Source: a virus
Taxonomy: Duplodnaviria; Heunggongvirae; Uroviricota; Caudoviricetes
IMG/VR virus record: IMGVR_UViG_3300028888_000043
Span: 265,756 to 329,755 of that record
Reading direction: 5' to 3' (one strand)
Length of the DNA stretch: 64,000 bases
Shown: piece by piece, positions 27,956 through 37,563 of the stretch
Numbering within the stretch: position 1 is the stretch's first letter
Layout: every line of letters starts with the position of its first letter
Translations under genes and position numbers: made by a program
The notes under the pieces: generated by a model
What the model was told of the DNA's origin: nothing
The model's input: only the letters and a program-made list of their open reading frames with translations
Database searches by the model: none

Positions 27956-29377
27956 ATGAGTGATGTTGTAAAAGACAATGGCAGAATCTATACTCCGGCA
28001 AACATCGTGAAGATGATGCTGGATTATGCTGGTTATGTCCCTGGTCCCTGGATATGGAAGAAGCATGTCATCGACAACAGTTGCGGTGACGGGCAGATTT
28101 TGTGTGAGGTGGTCAGGAGATACATCACTTCATTTTCCAATCCGGGTGACTGGGAACTCCGGGACCAGTTGAAGGAATACATCCATGGTATAGAACTGGA
28201 TGAGACTGAATGTAATAAGTGTAAGGAGAACCTGAACAGGATTCTTGATGAATATTATATAGAGAGAATTGACTGGGACATCAGGTGTGGGAATTCCCTC
28301 ACTTTCAGGGATGAGTTCAGGGGGAAGATGGACTATGTGTTTGGTAATCCCCCTTATGTGAGGACAAAGAACATCAAGAAGTCTGATGATGATTACAAGA
28401 TATTGAGATGGTATGATTTTTCATCGACAGGTATGTCAGATCTCTACCTGGCATTCTATGAGCTTGGACTTGATATGAGGAATTCCGGAGGTATCCTGTG
28501 TTATATCGCACCCAGTTCCTGGACCAACAGTGTTTCCGGGAAAGTGATGAGATTCCATATCTCTGAGACAAGGGAATTGGCAGCAGTCATTGATTTCGGC
28601 CATTATCAGGTTTTTGACAATGCCACCACCTATGTGATGATAACCCTGTTTGACAACCATCCGCACAAGTACATCAGGTATGACAGGTATGAAGGGGAAT
28701 TGAAACAGGATTCTTTATTGTCCTATGAGGATGTGTTCATTGATGACAAGATGTATTTTGCATCCAAGGATGAGTGCGATGTATTGAAAATGGTGATGAA
28801 TACAAGTAAGAAAAAGATAGAAGTGAAGAATGGATATGCCACCTTGGCAGATGACATCTTCATTGACAATCTGCCTGATTTCAAGAATTACACCATTGAT
28901 GTGGTCAAGGCATCCACAGGACAGTGGAAGAAGTGTCTGTTCCCTTATGACAAGGATTTGAACCTCATCCCTATGAATGTGATAGAAAAGGTTAATCCGG
29001 AAGTATATGACTATTTTGTGCGGAATTATACCACATTGGATGCAAGGACTTATGATTCCAAGGGAAAGGAAGACACCTGGCATTCCATCGGAAGGAGTCA
29101 GGGATTGAAGGACACCTTTGTGAACAAGGTTTCTGTCAACAATCTTGTCAAGACTACTGATGATTTGAAACTGGTGGATGTTCCTTCTGGAAAGGGAGTC
29201 TATGGCGGACTTTACATCAAGACAGAAATGTCTGCGGATGAAATCAGGAATCTGCTTGCGAACGATGAGTTCGTCAGTTATGTGAAGACATTGAGGAAGT
29301 ACAAGAGCGGAGGTTATTATACCTTCTCATCAAAGGATTTGGAAAAGTATTTAAATTACAAGATGTATGGTGATTAA
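27956..29377 (+). CDS. Amino (N6-adenine) DNA methyltransferase, gamma class (Eco57I/TaqI-like)
   Basis: YTP, DNSCGDG (SAM binding), GIELD, GNPPY, DLY..F. Confidence 0.88.
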   Translation: MSDVVKDNGRIYTPANIVKMMLDYAGYVPGPWIWKKHVIDNSCGDGQILCEVVRRYITSFSNPGDWELRDQLKEYIHGIELDETECNKCKENLNRILDEYYIERIDWDIRCGNSLTFRDEFRGKMDYVFGNPPYVRTKNIKKSDDDYKILRWYDFSSTGMSDLYLAFYELGLDMRNSGGILCYIAPSSWTNSVSGKVMRFHISETRELAAVIDFGHYQVFDNATTYVMITLFDNHPHKYIRYDRYEGELKQDSLLSYEDVFIDDKMYFASKDECDVLKMVMNTSKKKIEVKNGYATLADDIFIDNLPDFKNYTIDVVKASTGQWKKCLFPYDKDLNLIPMNVIEKVNPEVYDYFVRNYTTLDARTYDSKGKEDTWHSIGRSQGLKDTFVNKVSVNNLVKTTDDLKLVDVPSGKGVYGGLYIKTEMSADEIRNLLANDEFVSYVKTLRKYKSGGYYTFSSKDLEKYLNYKMYGD

Positions 29378-29765
29378 GAGTATCAATGATAAGACCAGTG
29401 GAAAGGTGAAGTTCATCAGTTATACTGGAGACTGGCCTAACCTTTGTTCAGGTGTTCTCACTTTGGAGATAGATGGTGTCCAGTACAAGTTTGGACACAA
29501 CTATGAACATATGCACTGGCATGATGATGTGAATACCTGGGTCCATGAGGATGAGGATCCTGACAACCCCAACTATCCTTCCTTCTGGTCCAGTGGCGGA
29601 AAGGTTACCAGTGGTTCTCCAGATTGGAATTTCAATGTGGAACATGGAGAGTGGATAATCCGTGAAGAAGACCTGGATCCAAAGTTCTGGGACTATGTGG
29701 CAGAGATTGACAAGGTACTTAACTCTGGTGTGATACCATTCGGCTGCTGTGGAGGATGTATCTAA
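29367..29765 (+). CDS. Hypothetical phage protein (C-terminal GCCGGC)
   Basis: YTG..PNLCSG, FW.SGG, GCCGGCI. Confidence 0.6.
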   Translation: MVIKSINDKTSGKVKFISYTGDWPNLCSGVLTLEIDGVQYKFGHNYEHMHWHDDVNTWVHEDEDPDNPNYPSFWSSGGKVTSGSPDWNFNVEHGEWIIREEDLDPKFWDYVAEIDKVLNSGVIPFGCCGGCI

Positions 29766-29879
29766 TGGAGGCACTTGGTATTGTTGCTGGAATTTTCGGT
29801 ATGATTCTTATGATTCTTATGTTCTATCTCCTGTTGAGAGCAGTTTTCAAGGACACTTTGGATGAACTGAATAATTGGT

Positions 29880-29917
29880 GAAAGGATGACTTGAAAAGTC
29901 ATCCTTTTTCATAAATA
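29880..29917 (+). terminator. Terminator fused to late promoter
   Basis: AAAGGATGACTT-GAA-AAGTCATCCTTT-TT-CATAAATA. Confidence 0.8.
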
Positions 29918-29944
29918 CACTATACATACAAGAGTTGTAAACAG

Positions 29945-30373
29945 ATGAAATATTTGAACAAATTCAGGTCAGAAGATGAATATTGGAAGAATTATGAAGG
30001 TTATACAAATTTAGTATCTTCCATTGTCGTCAATAATGTTACATATAATTATTCCCATATGTCATATGAATATTTTACACCTTCTGAACCAATATTAAGG
30101 TCAGCATCAAGTTCAAGGAGTTTGAGTTATACTATTTTTTTCTGGGAGGATCCCAATCATCCCAATGATGAAACATATATGGTCACAACAACTAACAGAA
30201 ATCCAGAAGTTGGATTATCTGCACATTCATATGATGGAGATGTGTATGATATAACAAATGTCACAACATCACCGGCATCTGGAAGGGATATACCATATAT
30301 TGAACCTTGGTGTTCATTGATTAATCAAAAGGTTAATTATAAAAAATCACATATTGAAGAGTTAGCAAAATGA
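29945..30373 (+). CDS. Late protein, paralog of the N-terminal half of 30370..31374
   Basis: First 29 nt identical to 30370; shared WEDPN.PNDET and GRDI.Y.EPW. Confidence 0.7.
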   Translation: MKYLNKFRSEDEYWKNYEGYTNLVSSIVVNNVTYNYSHMSYEYFTPSEPILRSASSSRSLSYTIFFWEDPNHPNDETYMVTTTNRNPEVGLSAHSYDGDVYDITNVTTSPASGRDIPYIEPWCSLINQKVNYKKSHIEELAK

Positions 30374-31374
30374 AATATTTGAACAAATTCAGGTCAGATG
30401 ATGAACTGCAAAAGAATTACTATGGTGTGAGTTCTTTGGTGACTTCTTTTGTTGCCAATAATACCACATATAACTATTCCCATTTTGAGAATGGAGAATA
30501 TTATATATGGGAAGACCCCAATTATCCAAATGATGAAACCCATTCGGTAACTACATATGGTGTAAGAAATCCAGGAGTTGGATATATGGTAACACCATGG
30601 TCTGGTTCTGATTATGAAATAACCAGTATCTCCACACAGCAGATGACAGGTAGGGATATAGATTATAATGAACCTTGGGTTTCCCTTGCCGTTGATCAGA
30701 CAGTCAACTATAACAAGTATCATTGTAATCTCAATGGGTATCGTGAGTATGTTGACCTTGGACTTCCATCTGGAATATTGTGGGCAACATGTAATCTTGG
30801 TGCCAGTACATCAGAGGCAACTGGTGGTTACTATGCCTGGGGAGAACTGGCAACAAAGGCCAGTTATAACTGGGACAATTATAGATTTGGAGATGCAGAT
30901 TATGTAGTGACAAAGTATAATGATTCTGATTATTTGTTGGAACTTCAAAAAGTAGATGATGTTGCCAATGTGACAATGGGTGGTGATTGGCATATACCTG
31001 CTCCGGAAGATTTCCAGGAACTTGGAGTTTATACAAATGTTTCAGAAGAGACCATAAATGGTATACATTGTTATAGGTTTACATCATTTAATAACCCTGA
31101 TAAATCAATAGTTATACCTACTTGTGGATACTATGATGGTAGTACATTGACAGATTCAAGTAATCTTTATTATTGGTCAAATATAGTAAACAGTTATGAG
31201 AAAAAATATGGAGTTTATAATGGTTATGGTTGGTGGTCAGATAAACTTAGGTCTCTTGGTCTTCAAATAAGACCTTGTATAGACAGTAATCCATTCAATG
31301 AACCATATACTGCCAGTTGTGACCCACCTTATCCTTGGAATAATCAACCAATAGATAGTCAACCAGCAAGATAA
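30370..31374 (+). CDS. VDLGLPSG-family protein with N-terminal anchor/beta domain
   Basis: YVDLGLPSGILWATCNLGA, YAWGE, DDVA, WHIP, GLQIRPC. Confidence 0.78.
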   Translation: MKYLNKFRSDDELQKNYYGVSSLVTSFVANNTTYNYSHFENGEYYIWEDPNYPNDETHSVTTYGVRNPGVGYMVTPWSGSDYEITSISTQQMTGRDIDYNEPWVSLAVDQTVNYNKYHCNLNGYREYVDLGLPSGILWATCNLGASTSEATGGYYAWGELATKASYNWDNYRFGDADYVVTKYNDSDYLLELQKVDDVANVTMGGDWHIPAPEDFQELGVYTNVSEETINGIHCYRFTSFNNPDKSIVIPTCGYYDGSTLTDSSNLYYWSNIVNSYEKKYGVYNGYGWWSDKLRSLGLQIRPCIDSNPFNEPYTASCDPPYPWNNQPIDSQPAR

Positions 31375-31394
31375 CCAACCAATAATATGTTAAT

Positions 31395-31430
31395 AAAAGT
31401 GAGACTCAAGTCTCACTTTTTTCATAAATA
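31395..31430 (+). terminator. Terminator fused to late promoter
   Basis: AAAAGTGAGACT-CA-AGTCTCACTTTT-TT-CATAAATA. Confidence 0.8.
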
Positions 31431-31454
31431 CACTATATGTAAAATTGTTAACAA

Positions 31455-32402
31455 ATGAAATTCTTACACAAGTTACAGTCAGAAGATGAACTGAAAAAGA
31501 ATTACTATGGATATGAAAGTGAAGTCACCTCCATTGTAGTTGGAGGTAAAACCTATAATTACTCACATTTGGAAGGGAATTATTATATCTGGGTGAATCC
31601 CAATGATTCATCTGACTGGGTTGACAGTGATGTTAAAAGAAACCCTGCTGCCGGTGATACTGCTTATATACTTGGAGGTACACAAACAACCATAGACAGT
31701 GTTGTTTCAGAACCATTATCAGGTAGGGACATACCTTACAATCAGCCCTGGACATCCTGGATTCCAGGTGTTGGTGTCAACTACAACAAGTATCATTGTA
31801 ATTTCAATGGTTGGGATTATGTGGATTTGGGACTTCCTTCAGGGACTCTCTGGGCAACCTGTAACATAGGGGCAAGTACACCTACTTCAGTAGGTGGGTA
31901 CTATGCCTGGGGTGAAATTTCAACCAAATCAGATTATAGTTGGAACACATATAGATTTGGCACAGAGAATAATTTAACAAAGTATAATGATTCAGATGGG
32001 TTAACGACTTTGGAATTGCAGGATGATGTGGCAAATGTGGTTATGGGTGGAGATTGGCACATTCCTACACATGCACAGATTACAGAATTTTATCAATATA
32101 TGACACCTGGTACTGATGGATATGTATCATCTATAAATGGTAACATTATATCTTTTCCTACTGGTGAAAACATTGGTATGATGAATGGAACAAGTTTAAC
32201 ATTAAAATATAATATATATTTTTGGAGTAATAATAGACAAAATGTAAATAATGCCTATCATTTTAGTGATGAGGGTGAAGGATATGTGGATTCAGCTTTT
32301 TCAAGATATTATGGTCTCCAGGTCAGGGCATGCATAGATGGTTCTGCATTGAAATCACCTATTACTGATGGAAGTATTATGCCAGAAATACCTGATTCTT
32401 AA
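31455..32402 (+). CDS. VDLGLPSG-family protein, paralog of 30370..31374
   Basis: YVDLGLPSGTLWATCNIGA, YAWGE, GLQVRAC. Confidence 0.78.
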   Translation: MKFLHKLQSEDELKKNYYGYESEVTSIVVGGKTYNYSHLEGNYYIWVNPNDSSDWVDSDVKRNPAAGDTAYILGGTQTTIDSVVSEPLSGRDIPYNQPWTSWIPGVGVNYNKYHCNFNGWDYVDLGLPSGTLWATCNIGASTPTSVGGYYAWGEISTKSDYSWNTYRFGTENNLTKYNDSDGLTTLELQDDVANVVMGGDWHIPTHAQITEFYQYMTPGTDGYVSSINGNIISFPTGENIGMMNGTSLTLKYNIYFWSNNRQNVNNAYHFSDEGEGYVDSAFSRYYGLQVRACIDGSALKSPITDGSIMPEIPDS

Positions 32403-32444
32403 AAATAAAGATAAACAGGGTAAGATGGAATTTGAGCCAGATCC

Positions 32445-32474
32445 AGGTGAAGAAGAAATTCTTCACCTTTTTTT
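32445..32474 (+). terminator. Intrinsic terminator
   Basis: AGGTGAAGAA-GAAA-TTCTTCACCT followed by T run. Confidence 0.8.
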
Positions 32475-32621
32475 GTTAGAAAAATGTTGGAAAGATTTGG
32501 AAATGTCAGAAATTTATTGTATTTTTATGGTACAATAAGATTGAAGATATGAATAATGTAGCAGTACTCCCATATTGAATTGGGTATCAAAGACCTGATT
32601 CTTTGTTATATTTACATTGTT

Positions 32622-33158
32622 ATGAATCACAAGGAAGAATTAGTGGATCGTGGGAAGGAGCTTTCCTACATCCTCAGGCACTCAATCAGCGAGTATGAAT
32701 TGGGTTGGATTAATGAGCATGGTTGGATGCCCGTCCAGAGACTCATTGACGAGTATCATTTCACTTCTGAACTCATTGATGAGATAGTTGCCACCAACAA
32801 CAAACAGCGCTATGAGTATAATGAAGACCATACCAAAATCCGTGCAAGACAGGGACACTCCATCCCTGTCGATGTTGAGTTGAAGGAGACCACACCCCCT
32901 GATGTCCTTTATCACGGGACAGCCACCAGGTTTATGGATTCCATCCTGAACGAGGGACTGAAATGTATGTCCAGACTCTATGTCCATCTGTCGGACAACT
33001 ATGCCCTGGCAAAGGATGTGGGAAAGAGACACGGAAACCCTACTGTCTTGGAGATTGATGCCAAGCAGATGAGTGAGGACGGTATCAAGTTCTATCTCTC
33101 CAACAACAATGTGTGGTTGACCAAGTATGTGGATCCAAAGTATATTAGAGGAATTTAA
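32622..33158 (+). CDS. kptA: RNA 2'-phosphotransferase (KptA/Tpt1)
   Basis: LSYILRH, KQRY, IRARQGHS, LYHGT, R..VHLS, NNVWL; ATG at 32622 after promoter motif 32602-32613. Confidence 0.92.
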   Translation: MNHKEELVDRGKELSYILRHSISEYELGWINEHGWMPVQRLIDEYHFTSELIDEIVATNNKQRYEYNEDHTKIRARQGHSIPVDVELKETTPPDVLYHGTATRFMDSILNEGLKCMSRLYVHLSDNYALAKDVGKRHGNPTVLEIDAKQMSEDGIKFYLSNNNVWLTKYVDPKYIRGI

Positions 33159-33169
33159 TTATTAAAAAT

Positions 33170-33553
33170 ATGAAACTTATACATTTCAAGTCATATAGTT
33201 CAGATAATTACTATATGAGGGTTGAGGATGAAAACCAAATCCCAAAAACAAAGAAAGATATTCTTGAATTTATGAAGAATCATCTGGAATATGACTATTT
33301 TGAACCTTATAAATACACATTCTTCAATGTTTATACCATTAATGAGAATGGTTTTGTATTTATACCCCTTTCATTTGGAGAGTGGGATGTCATTGATACA
33401 AAGAAATTGAAGAATGGAAAATTCTATTTCTCTGATCATGTTGATTACTATGCAAATAAGGGATATAGTTATAGGGCGGAAGATGTAAATAAAATGAAAG
33501 GGATGAAAAGACCTGAACTTCTTAAATTTCTTAAAGAAAACAGTGAATATTAA
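33170..33553 (+). CDS. Hypothetical protein
   Basis: Co-oriented, tightly packed ORF. Confidence 0.55.
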   Translation: MKLIHFKSYSSDNYYMRVEDENQIPKTKKDILEFMKNHLEYDYFEPYKYTFFNVYTINENGFVFIPLSFGEWDVIDTKKLKNGKFYFSDHVDYYANKGYSYRAEDVNKMKGMKRPELLKFLKENSEY

Positions 33554-33556
33554 GTC

Positions 33557-34006
33557 ATGGAGGATGAAAGAATACTTGTTAACAGGGATGACCCTATGGC
33601 CCAGGTGGAATATGTGGATGGTGCTTATTCCAGCAGATGTATCTCCATCAATGACAGGAGGGTAACCACCGGGAAGTTGTGGGGTTGTGGATACTCTGTC
33701 TCCAGTTGCCATGTGGATAAGGATGTTCTCCGGAAGTTGATCGAAGGGAAGGAATCTGTGAAGATTCTTGCCGTTAATTATGGTCATAGAGGTTTCTGGG
33801 TGGATGGTGTCAATATCTCCACCAAGGGAACAAAGGAAGATTATGATGCTCAGATGAAAAGGATTGAGTGTCTCAGGAAGAAATGTTCCAAGGCATATCA
33901 TCCCAAACTCCTGAAGGAACTGTATGAGATTGAAGCATTCAAGGTTGATACGGAGGATATTGAAGAGGCATTGAACAACAGTTATTATTATTTGGAGGAC
34001 AGATAA
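33557..34006 (+). CDS. Hypothetical protein
   Basis: Co-oriented, tightly packed ORF. Confidence 0.55.
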   Translation: MEDERILVNRDDPMAQVEYVDGAYSSRCISINDRRVTTGKLWGCGYSVSSCHVDKDVLRKLIEGKESVKILAVNYGHRGFWVDGVNISTKGTKEDYDAQMKRIECLRKKCSKAYHPKLLKELYEIEAFKVDTEDIEEALNNSYYYLEDR

Positions 34007-34008
34007 TT

Positions 34009-34341
34009 ATGTTCCAACCGCTTACATCACTCACTCCCATCAAGATATTCGGGAAGATTTACAATTTGAGGACTCTTCAGAAGATAGGCCAGGGGAAATT
34101 GGAAGATGATCTTCTTAATTGGTGTGGGCAGGACTTGGATTATATCTGTGATTGTTCCACTGTTCCATTTTATGAAGTCTATCGTTGGACATTCAGGAAC
34201 AAGAAATCCGGACAGTTCGTGGATATCTATATCAGATATAATCCAGATAGTGATAAGATAAGGTTCAATGGTGACTGTAAGAAAGATTTCATCCATTATG
34301 TAAATCAGGACAAATACAAATGTTATCCTAATGAATATTGA
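34009..34341 (+). CDS. Hypothetical protein
   Basis: Co-oriented, tightly packed ORF. Confidence 0.55.
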   Translation: MFQPLTSLTPIKIFGKIYNLRTLQKIGQGKLEDDLLNWCGQDLDYICDCSTVPFYEVYRWTFRNKKSGQFVDIYIRYNPDSDKIRFNGDCKKDFIHYVNQDKYKCYPNEY

Positions 34342-34344
34342 GTT

Positions 34345-34764
34345 ATGATAGATGAGACTTATGACAAGTATGTGACCATTGTCTATAACTGGTCCGAGAG
34401 GAAGAATACCCACAGAAGTGTAGGTATCCATGCGACAAGACATGGTGTTTATGATGAACAGGAATATTATGTCTTGGGTATTGGTGTATCCACTTTCCTT
34501 GAAGCAAAAGGTTATGACCATGAAAAGGACTGGGTGAATGATCCTAAACTGAATCCAGATTCTGAATACAACCCAAAGGAACTCATCAAGTATATGTGTG
34601 GCTCTTGTATGATTTCCATAGATGACCTGAAAGAACTGTCAGATGAGTTGAAGGCAGCTGGTGCAAGTGAGGTTTATCTCCATCCATCTTATTGGACAGA
34701 CAACAAGGCACTCCTGGATCACTACATACCAGATGAATGGTTGGTTGTTATACCTAAAAATTAG
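34345..34764 (+). CDS. Hypothetical protein
   Basis: Co-oriented, tightly packed ORF. Confidence 0.55.
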   Translation: MIDETYDKYVTIVYNWSERKNTHRSVGIHATRHGVYDEQEYYVLGIGVSTFLEAKGYDHEKDWVNDPKLNPDSEYNPKELIKYMCGSCMISIDDLKELSDELKAAGASEVYLHPSYWTDNKALLDHYIPDEWLVVIPKN

Positions 34765-34769
34765 AAGAT

Positions 34770-35090
34770 ATGGCACAGAAAGAAAAAAGATTAACCAAAT
34801 TGGAAGAAGAAATTATACGGTTCAATATGGTGAATGGACCAATCAATCATTCTGAACTTGGTTTGAAACAGTGGGGAGAGATGATTGCCCGCCACTTTGC
34901 CCAATGGCAGAAGGAACAAATGCTCAAGGAGTCAGTGGAAGGATATATTACATTTAATTGTGACTTACAAGAAGAAGGGTTACCGTGTGTCACCGTGATT
35001 GCAAATGAGAAACCTCTGGAATTTTATAAGAGTCGTGGATTCAAATTAGGTGACAATGTTCGTATAATCATTTGCAAAAAGGAGGGCTAA
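34770..35090 (+). CDS. Hypothetical protein (A.WQKEQM...GD.V..II family)
   Basis: Co-oriented ORF. Confidence 0.55.
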   Translation: MAQKEKRLTKLEEEIIRFNMVNGPINHSELGLKQWGEMIARHFAQWQKEQMLKESVEGYITFNCDLQEEGLPCVTVIANEKPLEFYKSRGFKLGDNVRIIICKKEG

Positions 35091-35092
35091 AT

Positions 35093-35635
35093 ATGTATCA
35101 TTACGATAATGGATACATCTATAACTGTCATAAGTGTAAACATGTTGCAATAGTTCCCGGCTGTATCTACCACAAAGATTATCATCCTTCTGAGAACAAC
35201 TATCCTTGTGATTGGAAAGGTGAAAGGATTATGACACAGGAAGAAAAGAAACTATTACTAAAAGACATTTGCCCAAGGTTGCTTTATGGGTTAAAGTTCC
35301 AATCATACCATAGTGAGTGTGGGATTGAAGGTAAAGGAACATTTGATTTTGAAATTGGGGCAGATGTGACATTAAGTAAATTAAAAGCTTTGTGCGAGTC
35401 TGGTAACAATAAACCATATCTCCGACCGCTTTCAAGTATGACTGATGAAGAAAGAGATGAATTCCGAAATGTTGGTGGAGTTATGGCCCATAATCTACAA
35501 AATGATACTTGGGCAATTAGTGCATTTACACCAGAAGCTTATGACTGGCTCAATGAATACCATTTTGATTGGAGAGGCTTAATTCCTATGGGATTGGCAC
35601 TTGAAGCATCTGTGGATATGTATAAACAAGATTAA
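35093..35635 (+). CDS. KDLC.RLPY...KPYLRP...GLIP.GLA family protein, copy 1 (Cys/His-rich N-extension; internal start 35231)
   Basis: Shared motifs with 35754 and 37564. Confidence 0.7.
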   Translation: MYHYDNGYIYNCHKCKHVAIVPGCIYHKDYHPSENNYPCDWKGERIMTQEEKKLLLKDICPRLLYGLKFQSYHSECGIEGKGTFDFEIGADVTLSKLKALCESGNNKPYLRPLSSMTDEERDEFRNVGGVMAHNLQNDTWAISAFTPEAYDWLNEYHFDWRGLIPMGLALEASVDMYKQD

Positions 35636-35753
35636 CCTTAATATGAGAAAGGAGGAAAACAAATGAACATACTCTTACAATTGATAACCGGAGTTATTTG
35701 TGGTATAGCCTGTGGTTACATAATTTATTGGTTCTATACAGGAGGACATAATC

Positions 35754-36185
35754 ATGACTAAAGAAGAAAAACAACTACTCATTATACTCATTAAAGACCT
35801 TTGTGCAAGGTTGCCTTATGAGACGTGGGTACAGTATGATGGAAAGGAATGGCTTGTAACTGGATATGCACACGGAAGAGTTTCATTACTACCAAGTGTA
35901 TTTTCATCTGTCAGTGGACCTTGCCCATTAATTGATGAAGTCAAACCTTATCTCCGTCCAATGTCAAGTATGACAGAGGAAGAGAAAATGCAGCTGAAAG
36001 AGGAACAATTAAAAGATACAAGATTATTTGCTGAAGCACTGACAAAGGCCGCTGGAGGTGACACTTCAATGCGTGGTAAAGTAATACCTCACTTCGCTGC
36101 TGATTGGTGTAACAAGAATCACTTTGATTTTCGTGGTTTAATTCCAATGGGTTTGGCACTGGAAGCGACAGAAGGCATGTATTAA
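35754..36185 (+). CDS. KDLC.RLPY family protein, copy 2
   Basis: KDLCARLPY, KPYLRPMSSMTEEE, DFRGLIPMGLALEA. Confidence 0.7.
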   Translation: MTKEEKQLLIILIKDLCARLPYETWVQYDGKEWLVTGYAHGRVSLLPSVFSSVSGPCPLIDEVKPYLRPMSSMTEEEKMQLKEEQLKDTRLFAEALTKAAGGDTSMRGKVIPHFAADWCNKNHFDFRGLIPMGLALEATEGMY

Positions 36186-36448
36186 TTATAGTAGTGTTTT
36201 ACAATTAATTTTTAGAACAATGCAAGCAATTATTCATTATCGAAATAATCGAGTTCTTGTTAAAGATATTGACAATCTTTCAGTTGCTCCGGAGCAAGGA
36301 TTGGTGATTGAATTTAAGCAGGAAAAAGCAGTTAAGTACTTTGTTGAGAAACTCGAAAAAGCAAAAATTCCATTTACTATTAATGGAAGTAAGGTGATTT
36401 CTATTGATTCAACCGGATTTACAGTGTTTAATGATTAAATAGAAAGAA

Positions 36449-36841
36449 ATGATCACTGAGGATTATGTAAGTTTTGAAACTGCCAAACTCTTGAAAGAAA
36501 AAGGGTTTGATGCAGAATGTGATTATCTCTATGCTGATGGAAAACTTTTAAAAGCGCAGGGAGGTGCATGTAATTGGAATAATGGGGAAACGCTTTTTGC
36601 TGATTATAAGAACGAATGCTCTGCACCAACTATCCAAAGGACTATGAAGTGGTTGAATGAAAAGAAAGGTATTGCTATCATACCTATTTTAAGCAGCATT
36701 CTTGACAATGAAAAGTTCCTTTGGGACGTTAAGATAGTTGTTGCCAAAACTGGTGAAAGATATTCTCAGGGGTGGATATATGAAAAGCAGGAAGAAGCCT
36801 TCAATACTGCCATAAAGTATTGCCTTGAAAATTTGATTTAG
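36449..36841 (+). CDS. EDYVSFETAKLLKEKGF family protein, copy 1
   Basis: Shared N-terminus, APT...KW, C-terminal IKYCL..LI. Confidence 0.7.
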   Translation: MITEDYVSFETAKLLKEKGFDAECDYLYADGKLLKAQGGACNWNNGETLFADYKNECSAPTIQRTMKWLNEKKGIAIIPILSSILDNEKFLWDVKIVVAKTGERYSQGWIYEKQEEAFNTAIKYCLENLI

Positions 36842-37100
36842 ATTATGGAAATAGTAAAAATCGTTCCACCAAAAAAGACAAAGAGTAAAAAATACATGTT
36901 TGTATGCAAGACTTGTAAAAAGGAAGAAAATGGATTTAATTACAGCAAAACAACTTTTGTTGCTGATTATCCTAATGATTTTTTCTTGTGCGTTTCTCCT
37001 CGTGAATATTGCAAGTGTCCATTATGCGGAACATTAAATGAACGCAGTATAATAGCAAGACTCCGCTACCTTTGGTATGAGCATAAAAACAAATGTTAAT

Positions 37101-37562
37101 ATGGTAAAAGAAGATTATGTCTCTTTTGAGACAGCCAAACTACTGAAAGAAAAAGGTTTCAAGGAGTGGTGTTTTAAGTGCTATGGAGTCGCAGTACTTC
37201 ATAATGGAGAGGATATCAGTTTCGACGAAGAATGTGATCTGAAAGATGAAGGTAGGGGTGATGAAATTGTGTATGTAGAAGGTGGCAGACTCTATGATTA
37301 TGGATGCAATAACCATGATAAAGATGTGAAAGTGTGGGCAGCTCCGACATTGTGGGTTGCTACGAAGTGGTTATGGGATAACTATATGTTATATATACTG
37401 GTATATCCCTGGAAAGGTAATAATGATGAATGTCATTGGTGTTGTAAAGTATATGATTCTTTCTGTCATCTTGGTTATGACAAGTTTACAGATGAGACTC
37501 CAAAATCTCGTGAAGATGCATATGAGTCTGGTATTAAATACTGTCTTAAAAAATTGATTTAA
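37101..37562 (+). CDS. EDYVSFETAKLLKEKGF family protein, copy 2
   Basis: Same motifs; ATG at 37101. Confidence 0.7.
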   Translation: MVKEDYVSFETAKLLKEKGFKEWCFKCYGVAVLHNGEDISFDEECDLKDEGRGDEIVYVEGGRLYDYGCNNHDKDVKVWAAPTLWVATKWLWDNYMLYILVYPWKGNNDECHWCCKVYDSFCHLGYDKFTDETPKSREDAYESGIKYCLKKLI

Positions 37563-37563
37563 T

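Noticed and set aside
6385-32402. Diversity-generating retroelement acting on the VDLGLPSG genes
   Set aside because: No reverse transcriptase and no template repeat differing only at adenines is visible in this window; cannot be excluded elsewhere in the genome
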